Sequence record: NC_048170.1
Strand: one strand, 5' to 3'
DNA length: 64,000 nt
This document shows, one piece after another, positions 1 through 9,652 of the stretch (the stretch's first letter is position 1; each line of letters starts with the position of its first letter). The position numbers and the translations under genes are program-made. The notes under the pieces were generated by a model. That model was not told the DNA's origin and searched no databases. It worked only from the letters and a program-made list of their open reading frames with translations.

Positions 1-165
1 TGAAACCTGATCGGGATGCTGTGCTTCGTATTCCCGAATCGTTTTTACCAGGTTATCGTATTCTTCATCGGTGTATTTCGGTTCCGCTTTAACATGGTAA
101 TAGTAATCAGCTTCAAGGATCGTATCAATAAGTTTCAGATAGTCTGCTACTGTTGTGATTTTCAT
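1..165 (-). CDS. ligA: NAD-dependent DNA ligase, N-terminal part (runs off window; absent from ORF track)
   Basis: ATG at 165 overlaps the upstream TGA (ATGA). Translation MKITTVADYLKLIDTILEADYYYHVKAEPKYTDEEYDNLVKTIREYEAQHPDQVS fits LigA domain Ia (YY..P..D.EYD.L......E..HP). Confidence 0.8.
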   Translation of the reverse strand, partial: MKITTVADYLKLIDTILEADYYYHVKAEPKYTDEEYDNLVKTIREYEAQHPDQVS

Positions 166-473
166 TTACGTTTACCTTTGTTTCTCTGACGTTCTTCTCG
201 ACGAGCGAGTGCTTCGCGACGACGTTTCTGTCGAACTTCTTCGGGCAACCGACGTTCGAACCAATAGAACGGCCAGAAAATCGACCCGAGGGCGATAAAA
301 GGGAATGCTCCCATCATTGCAATGCAATGTGCTGGAAGCGTATAGGTTGGGGATTTGATACCGTGCTTATGTAACCCGATGATCACCGTAACCGTTTCAA
401 TTAGCCAGCCAGATAAATACAGGCAGCCGAGCATCTGTAGAATCATGTTGTCGTTTCCTCCATACGAAACCAA
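162..473 (-). CDS. hypothetical membrane protein with basic C-terminal tail
   Basis: Two hydrophobic segments followed by an Arg/Lys-rich tail; ATGA coupling to ligA. Confidence 0.65.
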   Translation of the reverse strand: MVSYGGNDNMILQMLGCLYLSGWLIETVTVIIGLHKHGIKSPTYTLPAHCIAMMGAFPFIALGSIFWPFYWFERRLPEEVRQKRRREALARREERQRNKGKRK

Positions 474-553
474 AAAATTGTCAAAATGTACATCAGCATA
501 ACGCCCGTGCCCGCCCGCGATGGGAGGGACACAGGCAATACGCTTTTATTTCG

Positions 554-1162
554 TCAAGACTTCACAACACATTCGACTTCGTCGTTCATATAAGCTTCGT
601 ATAACGACAGCACTTCCTTCATTTTAATTTCAGGTAGCGCAACGGAACGAATCGCTTTCAGGATATTCCGTGTTTGATGGTGTTTAACCTTCGCTTCACG
701 TAGTTTACAGAATTGACGGATGCAGGTATTAACCTTACCCCCTTCCGCACGTTCGAGGGCGACATGCAGTTTCAGGTCCAGTAATACTTCCGTGAGTTCC
801 TGGGTGGCAGGATCGTTACGAATAAGCCGCACTGTACGTTCATCCGGATTCAGCATCTCGAGATACTGAAGCTTGATATGTTCAGGTACGGGTTTCGTGT
901 TCATCATGATGGCATCAAGCTGTTCCTTAACACCCAACTCATTGAACACGTAACGTTCGATGTTTACGACGTGTGCTTTTCCTGACTCGCCATAAACCGC
1001 CATCGCACGATAGTCATCAAACAACACAGCATACAACAAATCCTGTTCCGGTCCGATGGTACCATCGATGAGCTTCGGCGCATGCTTCTTCAGGAAGCCA
1101 TAGCGAATCGCCTCATCCGGCATGAGCGTCCACGCATTAACGGGTTGCTTTACGAGTTCCAT
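554..1162 (-). CDS. hypothetical protein
   Basis: ORF; start moved to MELVKQ, which has a GAGGTG RBS. Confidence 0.7.
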   Translation of the reverse strand: MELVKQPVNAWTLMPDEAIRYGFLKKHAPKLIDGTIGPEQDLLYAVLFDDYRAMAVYGESGKAHVVNIERYVFNELGVKEQLDAIMMNTKPVPEHIKLQYLEMLNPDERTVRLIRNDPATQELTEVLLDLKLHVALERAEGGKVNTCIRQFCKLREAKVKHHQTRNILKAIRSVALPEIKMKEVLSLYEAYMNDEVECVVKS

Positions 1163-1457
1163 GTAACACCTCATCAAGATTATCACTTACACCTGGCGGT
1201 ACCACGATACCGGTACGAATCACAGCAGCAACTTCCTGCATGCCTTTACCTTTCAACGCGTAGGTTTCATATACCGTATTACGTCGCGTCGTTAATCCAA
1301 CAAATTTACATACAACCATGTTGTTTTCTGAAAGGTAGGCGGTGTCGAGTTCGCCGTGCAACAATTCTTTTTCTTTGGTATCAATGCCTAATAACGCAAT
1401 TTGATAAGCAGAAAGTTTCCAATAGCGCATGTTATCACCCAAACTGTTAAGAAGCAT
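1137..1457 (-). CDS. hypothetical protein
   Basis: ORF tiling the minus-strand operon. Confidence 0.6.
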   Translation of the reverse strand: MLLNSLGDNMRYWKLSAYQIALLGIDTKEKELLHGELDTAYLSENNMVVCKFVGLTTRRNTVYETYALKGKGMQEVAAVIRTGIVVPPGVSDNLDEVLHGTRKATR

Positions 1458-1863
1458 CCTGTTTAATGTCGATGACTATTTCCGTTCGAACCGGATTAGT
1501 CAGCACAGCACGCATGCGTTCAAGCATCATTGGGTTATCCGTAACCACCACATCGGCGTAACACAATGGATGACTTTCGAACGCTTCAGTGTCGCTTACT
1601 AACAGAACACCCATCACATTTACGTATTGCGGTATGCGTCCACGGATGCGTTGCCACATGTCTTGAGTAAGGTCTTCGTTTTCTAATGCGACCACGACAA
1701 CAGGACTGATGTTTACCGGGAAACGCGGGTGCACCGTACGACGAAATGTTACCCAGTTTTCGACGTGGGATAATGCAAGTTCAAGAGAACAGCATTTTGG
1801 AGAAATCTGTATGTTTATTTGCTGAATCAATGAAAGGGGGTTTTGTACAGTCGCTTCAGCCAT
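1447..1863 (-). CDS. hypothetical protein
   Basis: ORF abutting its neighbours. Confidence 0.7.
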   Translation of the reverse strand: MAEATVQNPLSLIQQINIQISPKCCSLELALSHVENWVTFRRTVHPRFPVNISPVVVVALENEDLTQDMWQRIRGRIPQYVNVMGVLLVSDTEAFESHPLCYADVVVTDNPMMLERMRAVLTNPVRTEIVIDIKQDAS

Positions 1864-2841
1864 TTACTTTTTCCTGAAAATCAATGTCGGTAAGCCGTTT
1901 CTTACAGCATAATACAACACTAAGAGGTTAATCTTGCCTGCGGATACCGTAAGCATTTTACGACGACGTGGTAAACTAACCGGTACGGTAGATGCCATCG
2001 TTGCGCTGTTCTTGAACGTTTGGGAATAACGTCGCAGCGACGCTTCACCTAACAATGGAAGGAACAGATCCTCGGTAAGAATATCATCGCAGATATACGT
2101 AATCGCAAGTAACGGCGGATTCCACTCGTTCAGGAACTCGAAAATCTCGTTTGCGATACCCAACGCATTATTAGGAAGCGGAACCTCACGAACGTATTTC
2201 TGATTGCCTTTATCCAGCAGGATTCTTGACATACAGTAATCGTGGATTATACCCGCGACGTCATCCGCTGTTTCTGCGTTCTGCATCAACGCCTGTGCTT
2301 CTTCCCAGGTCAGCTGACGTTTTGTTTCGTAGTAGGTTGGTTTCAAAACCGCGTAAAAATCATGGATCAAACGACCAACATCCCCACGAGTTTTTGTTGC
2401 TAACGCGACTGCGTACGCTTTCTTCTCCGCATCCGTTAAGATCTGATTACGCCACAGTTCGTATTCGTCTAACAGCTCGGTGTATTTGGCTGTCCATTCA
2501 GAGGAAAGATAATAACCAATACTGTCAATCAATGCGTGCGTTAAAACACCCAGACGCTCGCGTCGGGGATCGACCGACGGCTCATAGACAAAAGGTAGCT
2601 TCGGTTTTTCAAAGCCATTGGCTACGACGGTATCTGAAAAAGCGTTAGCGAAAACACCCATCGGTTTCCATGACGTAAGGAGATCCTGATATAGCATTGG
2701 ATGAACGTTATTAATCGCTGTGAGTTTATCATCGAAAAGACTTACGCTTGGATGTTCGGCATTCGCAAGCTCAAAATAAATTCTTTCGAGCAACGCCTTT
2801 ACCGCATCGCGTGTCTTATCGATTGGGCCAACAGAAGCCAT
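1864..2841 (-). CDS. hypothetical protein
   Basis: 325-aa ORF with GAGGA RBS. Confidence 0.75.
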   Translation of the reverse strand: MASVGPIDKTRDAVKALLERIYFELANAEHPSVSLFDDKLTAINNVHPMLYQDLLTSWKPMGVFANAFSDTVVANGFEKPKLPFVYEPSVDPRRERLGVLTHALIDSIGYYLSSEWTAKYTELLDEYELWRNQILTDAEKKAYAVALATKTRGDVGRLIHDFYAVLKPTYYETKRQLTWEEAQALMQNAETADDVAGIIHDYCMSRILLDKGNQKYVREVPLPNNALGIANEIFEFLNEWNPPLLAITYICDDILTEDLFLPLLGEASLRRYSQTFKNSATMASTVPVSLPRRRKMLTVSAGKINLLVLYYAVRNGLPTLIFRKK

Positions 2842-2855
2842 GTAAATTATCCTCG

Positions 2856-3122
2856 TTAAAAAGTACCCATGATCGATAGGGCAATATGGTCTTTGTTCAC
2901 ACGCGCATTTAACGACATATCGAGACCGCTTTTCTTAATATGCCAGCGTGCCACCAGTTCCGGTTGGTCAACGGAATACAGCCCTTCTCGATGTTGATTC
3001 AACCATTTAGCAATCGGATGCAATTTATCGGGATTGACCACACCCAATTCCAAGCCACCCGGGGTTAATGGTTTAGAATAAAAGTCAAGTGCGTTCCGTA
3101 AAAAGTCATCCTCGATACTCAT
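2856..3122 (-). CDS. hypothetical protein
   Basis: ORF, ATGA-coupled to the upstream small ORF. Confidence 0.65.
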   Translation of the reverse strand: MSIEDDFLRNALDFYSKPLTPGGLELGVVNPDKLHPIAKWLNQHREGLYSVDQPELVARWHIKKSGLDMSLNARVNKDHIALSIMGTF

Positions 3123-3235
3123 CGCAGCATACCCACCATGCCGATTACGGCAAACAGTATACCGACCGCACTATACGCAAGCAGCGCTTTAGCAACCCAA
3201 GATTTTATTTCCGTATACTCTTCATTATTCACCAT
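3119..3235 (-). CDS. 38-aa single-pass membrane protein (below ORF-track cutoff)
   Basis: MVNNEEYTEIKSWVAKALLAYSAVGILFAVIGMVGMLR; GAGGTG RBS; TGA overlaps the next ATG. Confidence 0.65.
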   Translation of the reverse strand: MVNNEEYTEIKSWVAKALLAYSAVGILFAVIGMVGMLR

Positions 3236-3280
3236 GTCTCACCTCGTTCGGTTATTGTCTGATCTCATACCTTTACTTAA

Positions 3281-3305
3281 GCATATCCCCGTCATTAAGA
3301 CGGGG
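3281..3305 (-). terminator. intrinsic terminator hairpin
   Basis: CCCCGTC-attaa-GACGGGG, followed by TATGC on the minus strand. Confidence 0.55.
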
Positions 3306-3311
3306 TGTTTA

Positions 3312-3686
3312 TCACCAGAGACGATTACCTTCCTCGTCCCACCAAGCAATCGCTCGTGTCGACTCGAATGTGTTAGGGCGTAACGTCATGCCCTTGCGGT
3401 CAACGATTAACCGCAACTCAGTACCGAACCACTCAATCGAGATAAACAAACCCTTCCGAATGATTGCTTGATAACCTGATAGCCGCTCAAAGAGTCGTTG
3501 AAAGATCTCATCATGCCCACACGACACTAATGCTTCTGAATAGCGTCGCATCGATTTTGCATCGCTAGGTAAACGTGTTTTACAATCCCACCATAACACA
3601 GCGTACATCAGTGCGGCATTACGCAATCGTAACGATTGAACTGGTGTTAGCTGCCGTCCTTCAACATCATCGATAATAACATACAT
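3312..3686 (-). CDS. hypothetical protein
   Basis: ORF in operon. Confidence 0.65.
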   Translation of the reverse strand: MYVIIDDVEGRQLTPVQSLRLRNAALMYAVLWWDCKTRLPSDAKSMRRYSEALVSCGHDEIFQRLFERLSGYQAIIRKGLFISIEWFGTELRLIVDRKGMTLRPNTFESTRAIAWWDEEGNRLW

Positions 3687-3692
3687 CGCATC

Positions 3693-3947
3693 TTATTCCG
3701 CGCTTGTTTCCTTAACATGGACACATTCCGCATCGATAGTCACACCGGTAGAACGATGGGTCTCGTTGGTAGAATCAAATCCGCTGTTGAACAACACTGC
3801 GAATGTGTTATTATCCATACGAGCAAAGGTCTCCGCAATACGATCGGGATGAAAATCAGTGCGGCTGATGGTCGATTTCACAAAAACTCCTATAAACAAT
3901 TTAATTATTGGTATTAAGATTAAAGCAGGATCTGCGGACAGCAGCAT
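3693..3947 (-). CDS. hypothetical protein (start uncertain)
   Basis: Fills the gap between its neighbours. Confidence 0.45.
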   Translation of the reverse strand: MLLSADPALILIPIIKLFIGVFVKSTISRTDFHPDRIAETFARMDNNTFAVLFNSGFDSTNETHRSTGVTIDAECVHVKETSAE

Positions 3948-4405
3948 GATTCGTAACCACCTTCATGCGGTAACGTATTGCTGGTGTCAGGCCAAACGAG
4001 CTGAATACCTGTAACTTTTTTACCATATCGAGCGAAAGCCGCTATCGCATACACTTCGTTGAAGGATTCAATATCCTCTATTTCACGCACGTCAAGACGC
4101 AAGGTTTCACCCGTACCTTTCAGAGTTAGATTGCCATCGAACGCGCCTAACGGGATGGTCTTTGCCTTCACCATGAAGTTACCCAGTTTGTTGATTGCTG
4201 AACCGAGAGCAGGGCAATAACCGGATACGAAGATTTCCGGCATTCCGTGTTCGGTTAGACCAACAGTATACATAAAGCCAGGCTCGTCGCTTCCCTCATC
4301 AGGAGCGACACTGATAATAGCCCACTGCTTTTTCTCGATATATTCTTCGATAAAATCGTCCAGTTTTGAAAAATTGTTTTCATTAAGTTTAACTGTGTTA
4401 CTCAT
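3920..4405 (-). CDS. DUF4262-family protein
   Basis: W.II.V.......PGFMYTVGLTEHGMPEIFVSG and QLVWPD motifs. Confidence 0.75.
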   Translation of the reverse strand: MSNTVKLNENNFSKLDDFIEEYIEKKQWAIISVAPDEGSDEPGFMYTVGLTEHGMPEIFVSGYCPALGSAINKLGNFMVKAKTIPLGAFDGNLTLKGTGETLRLDVREIEDIESFNEVYAIAAFARYGKKVTGIQLVWPDTSNTLPHEGGYESCCCPQILL

Positions 4406-4679
4406 GTTCTTTATCCTTTAATGCGTTTTCTAACCAGCGGACATAACTTTCACGATAAAGGTGAATATGTCTTTTACCGTCGCGAAAGTTAGGGTCAATA
4501 AGATGAATCGCAGCATGGGTTGAGGTCGTCGCATGCTGTAAATGTTTTCGTGTTAATCGCCCAAGTTTTACCCAACGTTGAATATACCGTGCGTCTGCCG
4601 CTAAACAGGTACGTTCATCGATGAAAGGTACCAATACCTGAACGATACTACCGTAATACACCATCGAACTGTTGAACAT
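4398..4679 (-). CDS. hypothetical protein
   Basis: ORF in operon. Confidence 0.6.
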   Translation of the reverse strand: MFNSSMVYYGSIVQVLVPFIDERTCLAADARYIQRWVKLGRLTRKHLQHATTSTHAAIHLIDPNFRDGKRHIHLYRESYVRWLENALKDKEHE

Positions 4680-4709
4680 CTGCGTCTCCGTGCAAATGGA
4701 TGGGGCGGA

Positions 4710-5018
4710 TTAGTGAAGAATTACCGTTTGCGATCCGTTCTCGTATTCGGTAAGTAACTCGTCGTACCGACGATCGACTGCCTTGATTGCATTATCAATC
4801 TCCGACGTGTCTGATACAACAGATCGTTTCGCTTCCAGTCGATATACTAACGCATCACGCATACCCTCGGCTGCAGCGAGTTCACAGGTTGCTTGATGTT
4901 TATTATCCGAAAAGACGAAGAATGGTTTGTTCTCTTCATCAGCCAAGAAGTAGTTACGAATCTCAACCAGCCTTTCATCTGGAACCAGGTTACAACTGTT
5001 TTCGTTCATTCTCATCAT
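4710..5018 (-). CDS. hypothetical protein
   Basis: ORF in operon. Confidence 0.6.
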   Translation of the reverse strand: MMRMNENSCNLVPDERLVEIRNYFLADEENKPFFVFSDNKHQATCELAAAEGMRDALVYRLEAKRSVVSDTSEIDNAIKAVDRRYDELLTEYENGSQTVILH

Positions 5019-5023
5019 CTCTC

Positions 5024-5356
5024 TTAAAGTTTTAACGTATTGACGCCGCTTATAAAGGCGTTGATTTCATTGTCGATGTTACCGGTTTGCTCGATAATCT
5101 TCTCCACCATCAATCTTGGTTTGTTATAAGCAATACTTACAGCATCGGGACCATTCCCATACATGCTCGCCACGTAAATTCGAAGTTCTTTTAAACGATC
5201 AAGTAACAACTGCGCGATTTCCAGAACTTCTTCTGTGGCGGTCTGTACATTGCATTCGCGTAACTTGTGCTCTAACAGCGATGTCGCGGCATCGAGCATG
5301 GATGTGTATTTACGGTAGTTATAAATATCAATTATAGCTGTCTGATTCATATACAC
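5024..5356 (-). CDS. hypothetical protein
   Basis: ORF in operon. Confidence 0.6.
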   Translation of the reverse strand: MYMNQTAIIDIYNYRKYTSMLDAATSLLEHKLRECNVQTATEEVLEIAQLLLDRLKELRIYVASMYGNGPDAVSIAYNKPRLMVEKIIEQTGNIDNEINAFISGVNTLKL

Positions 5357-5361
5357 GTTAT

Positions 5362-5730
5362 TTATTTATCGGGGTCTGGAAAATAGTAAAATCGCCAATG
5401 TAACATAGAAATCGCATTTCTTATTCGATTCGCACGAACACGACGTCCGAGAAAGGACTTGTAGCAAGAATCGCAATCCATAAACAACTCATGGCTCGAT
5501 TTCATCAGAACCACGATGTCTCTTATATACGAATTGCAGTACTCGATAAACGGATCTGTATCGTACGTATATTTCCTCGCACTACCTATCCCCAACTCCC
5601 TATTTAACTCACGACAATTTATCATGAGCTTCACATAACGGATAAGCCGAACGAAGTCACGTAAATTACGATTAAACCAATATCGATACCAAAATGACCG
5701 TATATCCCAAACAGTTCTATTTAACTTCAT
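5362..5730 (-). CDS. hypothetical basic protein
   Basis: ORF in operon. Confidence 0.6.
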   Translation of the reverse strand: MKLNRTVWDIRSFWYRYWFNRNLRDFVRLIRYVKLMINCRELNRELGIGSARKYTYDTDPFIEYCNSYIRDIVVLMKSSHELFMDCDSCYKSFLGRRVRANRIRNAISMLHWRFYYFPDPDK

Positions 5731-6361
5731 TGATACCTTCTATTAGTTGTACAGCAACTTCTTTTTCGGTGCTATAAAAGAACTTGCGGTGGAACTGAAC
5801 AAGAAGCTTTTCGAATTTACATTGAACGATCTTTTTGCGTTCGATGTGACCCAGGGAGAGCAAAGCACCCATGCAGCGTACCGCTTGTTCGAGAACCTGT
5901 TTCGCGGTATCGTGATCGTCCGGTAACGGTAAATCTTCCTCGTCATCTTTAGCGATAAGACGTCTAATGATATTATCGATACGTATCTCATCACCGTTAA
6001 TGAAAGCGCCTTTCTCCCATTCATCAAATCGTTGATGGATTCGACGTTGTAAGTTGGCCCTGTCTTCCATTAACTCTTTCAACTGGCTTTCTAAGTTGAA
6101 TACGGTACGGCGGTCGGTATCAGTGAAGTTTTCCGATTCTTTGTACCACCAATCATTACGCGCTTGTAAGTCACTAATGCGAGAAATCGTCCGACGACAC
6201 TCGTTAACAAACGCATCACCGTTCGATAGCTCCGTACCGAAATAGCATTTGTATTTATAACGCATAACGCGGATTAGACGTTTCGCTAGAAAACCTTGCT
6301 TTTCCAGTTTCTTCTTCAATTGCGTGTATTTCTCTTCTTTTGTTTCCGCGATATCTTTCAT
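5717..6361 (-). CDS. hypothetical coiled-coil protein
   Basis: 214-aa ORF with ATGA coupling. Confidence 0.7.
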   Translation of the reverse strand: MKDIAETKEEKYTQLKKKLEKQGFLAKRLIRVMRYKYKCYFGTELSNGDAFVNECRRTISRISDLQARNDWWYKESENFTDTDRRTVFNLESQLKELMEDRANLQRRIHQRFDEWEKGAFINGDEIRIDNIIRRLIAKDDEEDLPLPDDHDTAKQVLEQAVRCMGALLSLGHIERKKIVQCKFEKLLVQFHRKFFYSTEKEVAVQLIEGINEVK

Positions 6362-6708
6362 GCCATATTCTCCGTTATATGCTTTAAACTGTTACGTATA
6401 CTTTTCAATCGACGATTAAATCCGGAACGATAACATTTCCGTACAACCCTTGGCGCTCGCGCTTTATTCGCCTGGTGAAGCTGTTCATTCACCTGCGACG
6501 CTATACGTAAACGTTCTAATAAAGACCTCAACCGAACGACAACCAACGGTTGTTCTTTCACCTTCTCTAGTTTGAGTAAAGAGTCAATATGAAACTTTAT
6601 ATCGATAATCTGATTCCTGTTTTTGCGGTACTGATGAATATACCAGCATCGACGAAAATAGGTGATGCTAAGCATAGGGTGGATCCTCTTCAACGCTATC
6701 TCCAACAA
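6358..6708 (-). CDS. hypothetical basic protein
   Basis: ORF in operon. Confidence 0.6.
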   Translation of the reverse strand: MLEIALKRIHPMLSITYFRRCWYIHQYRKNRNQIIDIKFHIDSLLKLEKVKEQPLVVVRLRSLLERLRIASQVNEQLHQANKARAPRVVRKCYRSGFNRRLKSIRNSLKHITENMA

Positions 6709-6893
6709 TACATCGGATTAGGTGCTTTATGGCATTTATAAATACCTACTTTCTTCTGTCTACCTTTACCTGGGCCTCGTTTAACGCGTTTGTTATAAAC
6801 ACGATCCAAATATCGAGTGGCGATAAATCGGGATGAATACACCGGGTCGATATATTCTAGCGTACCTGCTTCTGTCACTTCGAGACATTGCAT
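6696..6893 (-). CDS. small basic protein (KRGPGKGR motif)
   Basis: 65-aa ORF with GAGG RBS. Confidence 0.55.
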   Translation of the reverse strand: MQCLEVTEAGTLEYIDPVYSSRFIATRYLDRVYNKRVKRGPGKGRQKKVGIYKCHKAPNPMYCWR

Positions 6894-6919
6894 TCGTAAC
6901 CTCTCTTTCCTCTAAAAAG

Positions 6920-7126
6920 TCAGTCCAACATAAGCCACGGCATCGCTTTCGCGATAGAATCCACCGCAGCATTTGCGATCCTTCGTTCAGTCGTTGGTAC
7001 CACATGCGCAACAAACCGTTTCCCTTTATTGCAACCTTTCTTGTGTTTTCCTTTGACTAAACGAACACCGATCATGTCGCTGATAACATGATTTAGTATG
7101 TGGCGCTGTAGAGAATTAATCATCAC
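6920..7126 (-). CDS. small basic protein (KKGCNKGKRF motif)
   Basis: 68-aa ORF with GGAG upstream. Confidence 0.55.
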   Translation of the reverse strand: MMINSLQRHILNHVISDMIGVRLVKGKHKKGCNKGKRFVAHVVPTTERRIANAAVDSIAKAMPWLMLD

Positions 7127-7262
7127 TTTTACTCCAGGCTGAGAAGATTCTCGGTTTTAGTTCTATCTGTCCACATATCCAGGTGTATCTCCATTTACCT
7201 TTACGAGGACCTTTCTTATTTTTAACACCTATCAGAATACGGTAGGGGTACGACCAAGTCAT
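7116..7262 (-). CDS. 48-aa basic protein (KKGPRKGKW motif; below ORF-track cutoff)
   Basis: MTWSYPYRILIGVKNKKGPRKGKWRYTWICGQIELKPRIFSAWSKSDD; AGGAGG RBS. Confidence 0.6.
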   Translation of the reverse strand: MTWSYPYRILIGVKNKKGPRKGKWRYTWICGQIELKPRIFSAWSKSDD

Positions 7263-7291
7263 TCTAACCTCCTAAATAAATCTCAATGTTC

Positions 7292-7618
7292 TTAATGCAG
7301 TTGCTTCTTAAAACCTAATTTAAGAAGCGTCATTCTCTTGTCGATGGTATCTAATGCTTCCAGCAAGGATTCACGCTGTTCTTTCGTAAGCATATCGACG
7401 CGTAGACGTTCGTTAATTTCTGCTTTAAGCTGTATAGGAAGGGTTTGTGTAAGTATGCTATCAGCCTCCATCTCGTAACTATTTTTCGGTATGGGTAATG
7501 CTTCAGTAACACCAGTGAGATAAAAACCGATAGTGGTTACTCGTTCATCCATTGCTTCTAACAGTTCAGAACTTACTTCATCCACGATAGTCCTCCGTAT
7601 TAGGGTGGGCGTACCCAC
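7292..7618 (-). CDS. hypothetical protein
   Basis: 108-aa ORF. Confidence 0.6.
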   Translation of the reverse strand: MGTPTLIRRTIVDEVSSELLEAMDERVTTIGFYLTGVTEALPIPKNSYEMEADSILTQTLPIQLKAEINERLRVDMLTKEQRESLLEALDTIDKRMTLLKLGFKKQLH

Positions 7619-7632
7619 CCTCAGTTGTTAAT

Positions 7633-8652
7633 TTACACCGCCACCTTAGCCTTGATAGCGGGGTGTGATTGATATCCGACGAACACAAAGTCTTCGTAAC
7701 GGTAATCCGTAATACTTTCTGGTTTACGTACGATTGTTAGCTTCGGTAATGGATACGGCTCACGACTAAGTTGTTCTTTAACCTGTTCGAAGTGGTTGTG
7801 ATAGATGTGACAATCTCCACCCGTCCACACGAACTCACCAACGTCCATATTCAGCTGTTGGGCAAGCATGTGTGTCAGCAGTGAATATGATGCGATGTTA
7901 AAGGGAGTCCCTAAAACTGTGTCCTGTGATCTTGCGAGTAGCATGCATGATAAGGCGCGTGTCGGTACGTTGTGTGTATTCAACCAAAGTTCCGTTTCAC
8001 TGTGTCGTACATCATCCGTAACCCACTGGGTTCTTAATACGTCGTTGCGTTGAACATAATCAACACGTTCATCGATCGTGAGCTCGTGGGTATAGAACTG
8101 ATAGAAACTGTGGCATGCGGGAAGCGCCATATCGTCTAAATCACCTACGTTCCATGCGCTAACGATGATCCGTCGAGAATCAGGGTCTTCTTTAAGCTGA
8201 CGCATCACGTTTGCGATTTGGTCGTGGTGTTTAACATACAAGAGATGTTTGACCATACCGGCGTCAACAACACCGCAATACTCATAGCCGCGTTGCATCA
8301 ACTCACGAGTACGTTCTGTATCGTGCGGAACAACCACTTTGTAGTCGATCCATTCCCGCCATTGTTTGCCGTAAATCGGTCCTAGATTCCCTTCTTCGTC
8401 AGCCCATTCATTCCAGATACGAACACCGTTATCTTGAAGATAAGCAACGTTTGTGTCGCCGTTAAGAAACCAGAGCAGTTCGTGGATAACGCTCTTAAGG
8501 TGAATCTTCTTGGTGGTTACCAGCGGGAATCCTTTCTTCAAGTCAAAACGCATCTGACGCCCGAATACGGAACGGGTCCCGGTGCCTGTACGATCAGCTT
8601 TATCGCGACCGTTATCCATGATGTCTTGCAAAAGGTCCAAATACTGTTTCAT
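7633..8652 (-). CDS. thyA: thymidylate synthase
   Basis: [61 protein letters not shown] (catalytic Cys) and PFNIASY. Confidence 0.97.
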   Translation of the reverse strand: MKQYLDLLQDIMDNGRDKADRTGTGTRSVFGRQMRFDLKKGFPLVTTKKIHLKSVIHELLWFLNGDTNVAYLQDNGVRIWNEWADEEGNLGPIYGKQWREWIDYKVVVPHDTERTRELMQRGYEYCGVVDAGMVKHLLYVKHHDQIANVMRQLKEDPDSRRIIVSAWNVGDLDDMALPACHSFYQFYTHELTIDERVDYVQRNDVLRTQWVTDDVRHSETELWLNTHNVPTRALSCMLLARSQDTVLGTPFNIASYSLLTHMLAQQLNMDVGEFVWTGGDCHIYHNHFEQVKEQLSREPYPLPKLTIVRKPESITDYRYEDFVFVGYQSHPAIKAKVAV

Positions 8653-8852
8653 TTTAATCCTCTAAGTGTTTCAAGTAGTTCCTGAAATTTATAACGATAT
8701 TTAGGATCGCTTAACGTGTAGCAGCAACCATGTAACACGTTATACGCGTAATCGGCTTGTAAACCACGAACCTTCGGATCCAATGATAGATTCAACGGTG
8801 CATCATCAAAAATCCACGCTTCAATGTTCTTCTTGGATTCCTTCGTTAACAT
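8649..8852 (-). CDS. hypothetical protein
   Basis: ATGA-coupled to thyA; GAGGTG RBS. Confidence 0.65.
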   Translation of the reverse strand: MLTKESKKNIEAWIFDDAPLNLSLDPKVRGLQADYAYNVLHGCCYTLSDPKYRYKFQELLETLRGLK

Positions 8853-8977
8853 CGTTTTTCACCTCGTCGTAAAAGTAAATAGAGTTTTGTCGAGACGCCC
8901 TAATTACTTACAACGTCGGTTCTCCCGGCTTCAGAGAATTCTTAAAATCCGTTAGTTTTGATAGATAGGGTAAGACG

Positions 8978-9005
8978 GCATAAAAGCCTCCCATTACGGG
9001 AGGCT
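8978..9005 (-). terminator. intrinsic terminator
   Basis: AGCCTCCC-attac-GGGAGGCT hairpin, then TTTTATGC on the minus strand. Confidence 0.7.
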
Positions 9006-9017
9006 CTATTAATCAGC

Positions 9018-9566
9018 TTATTTCACAAGAACAGCGAATTCGAGAACATGAATAGCTTCATCGTCCATCGGATTTGTCGTGGTATAACCGACGAAGCAAT
9101 AGCCCATATCCACGATAAACTCTCTAAGTTTATCGATGACTGATGCCCCGATACGATCGTCAACAGACAGGCGACATTTACGGGTTATGTTTTGCCCGCG
9201 AGGAACGCCAGCTAACACGGATAGGAAATGTACGATCCGGTTATTGGTTGCGAACTGCTTGAAATCATCGTAGTGCTTAAGGTCTTTCATCGCAGACTCT
9301 ACCGTCATACGACGACCAGGCGACACATACTCAGAATAAGAATAAGCTGCAATCGTGCGGCGGTCTTCAGTGAGGTAAGTATTCCCTTCGGGATGATAGC
9401 TCTCGATTGTTCCGTCTTCATAAGCGACGGTCACAACAGGTGCGCCGTACTCGTCGCGACCGAAATCAATTTTACATTTATCCGAAAGCGGTAGAACCGT
9501 GCAAGGTTTTGCGTTGTTCTCATCAGGGAGATCGTAACCACTCATCATTTTCAAGAACATAGACAT
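9018..9566 (-). CDS. two-module hypothetical protein (module A plus module B of a local paralog family)
   Basis: N-half aligns with 9653-10186 and C-half aligns with 10263-10562. Confidence 0.75.
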   Translation of the reverse strand: MSMFLKMMSGYDLPDENNAKPCTVLPLSDKCKIDFGRDEYGAPVVTVAYEDGTIESYHPEGNTYLTEDRRTIAAYSYSEYVSPGRRMTVESAMKDLKHYDDFKQFATNNRIVHFLSVLAGVPRGQNITRKCRLSVDDRIGASVIDKLREFIVDMGYCFVGYTTTNPMDDEAIHVLEFAVLVK

Positions 9567-9652
9567 AATAGAACCTCATGATAATAGATAATAGAAATGA
9601 TAGATAGTACAACAAATTGAGGGGGTATTATCCCACCCCCTCGTAGGGATTA

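Noticed and set aside
5362-6708. Possible paralogy of the 122-aa and 116-aa basic ORFs
   Set aside because: The similarity is limited to aromatic/Arg composition and is not alignable by eye.
7633-8652. Possible dCMP hydroxymethylase or DNA-modification pathway
   Set aside because: The specificity Asn (PFNIASY) is retained, and no glycosyltransferase or modification genes are nearby.
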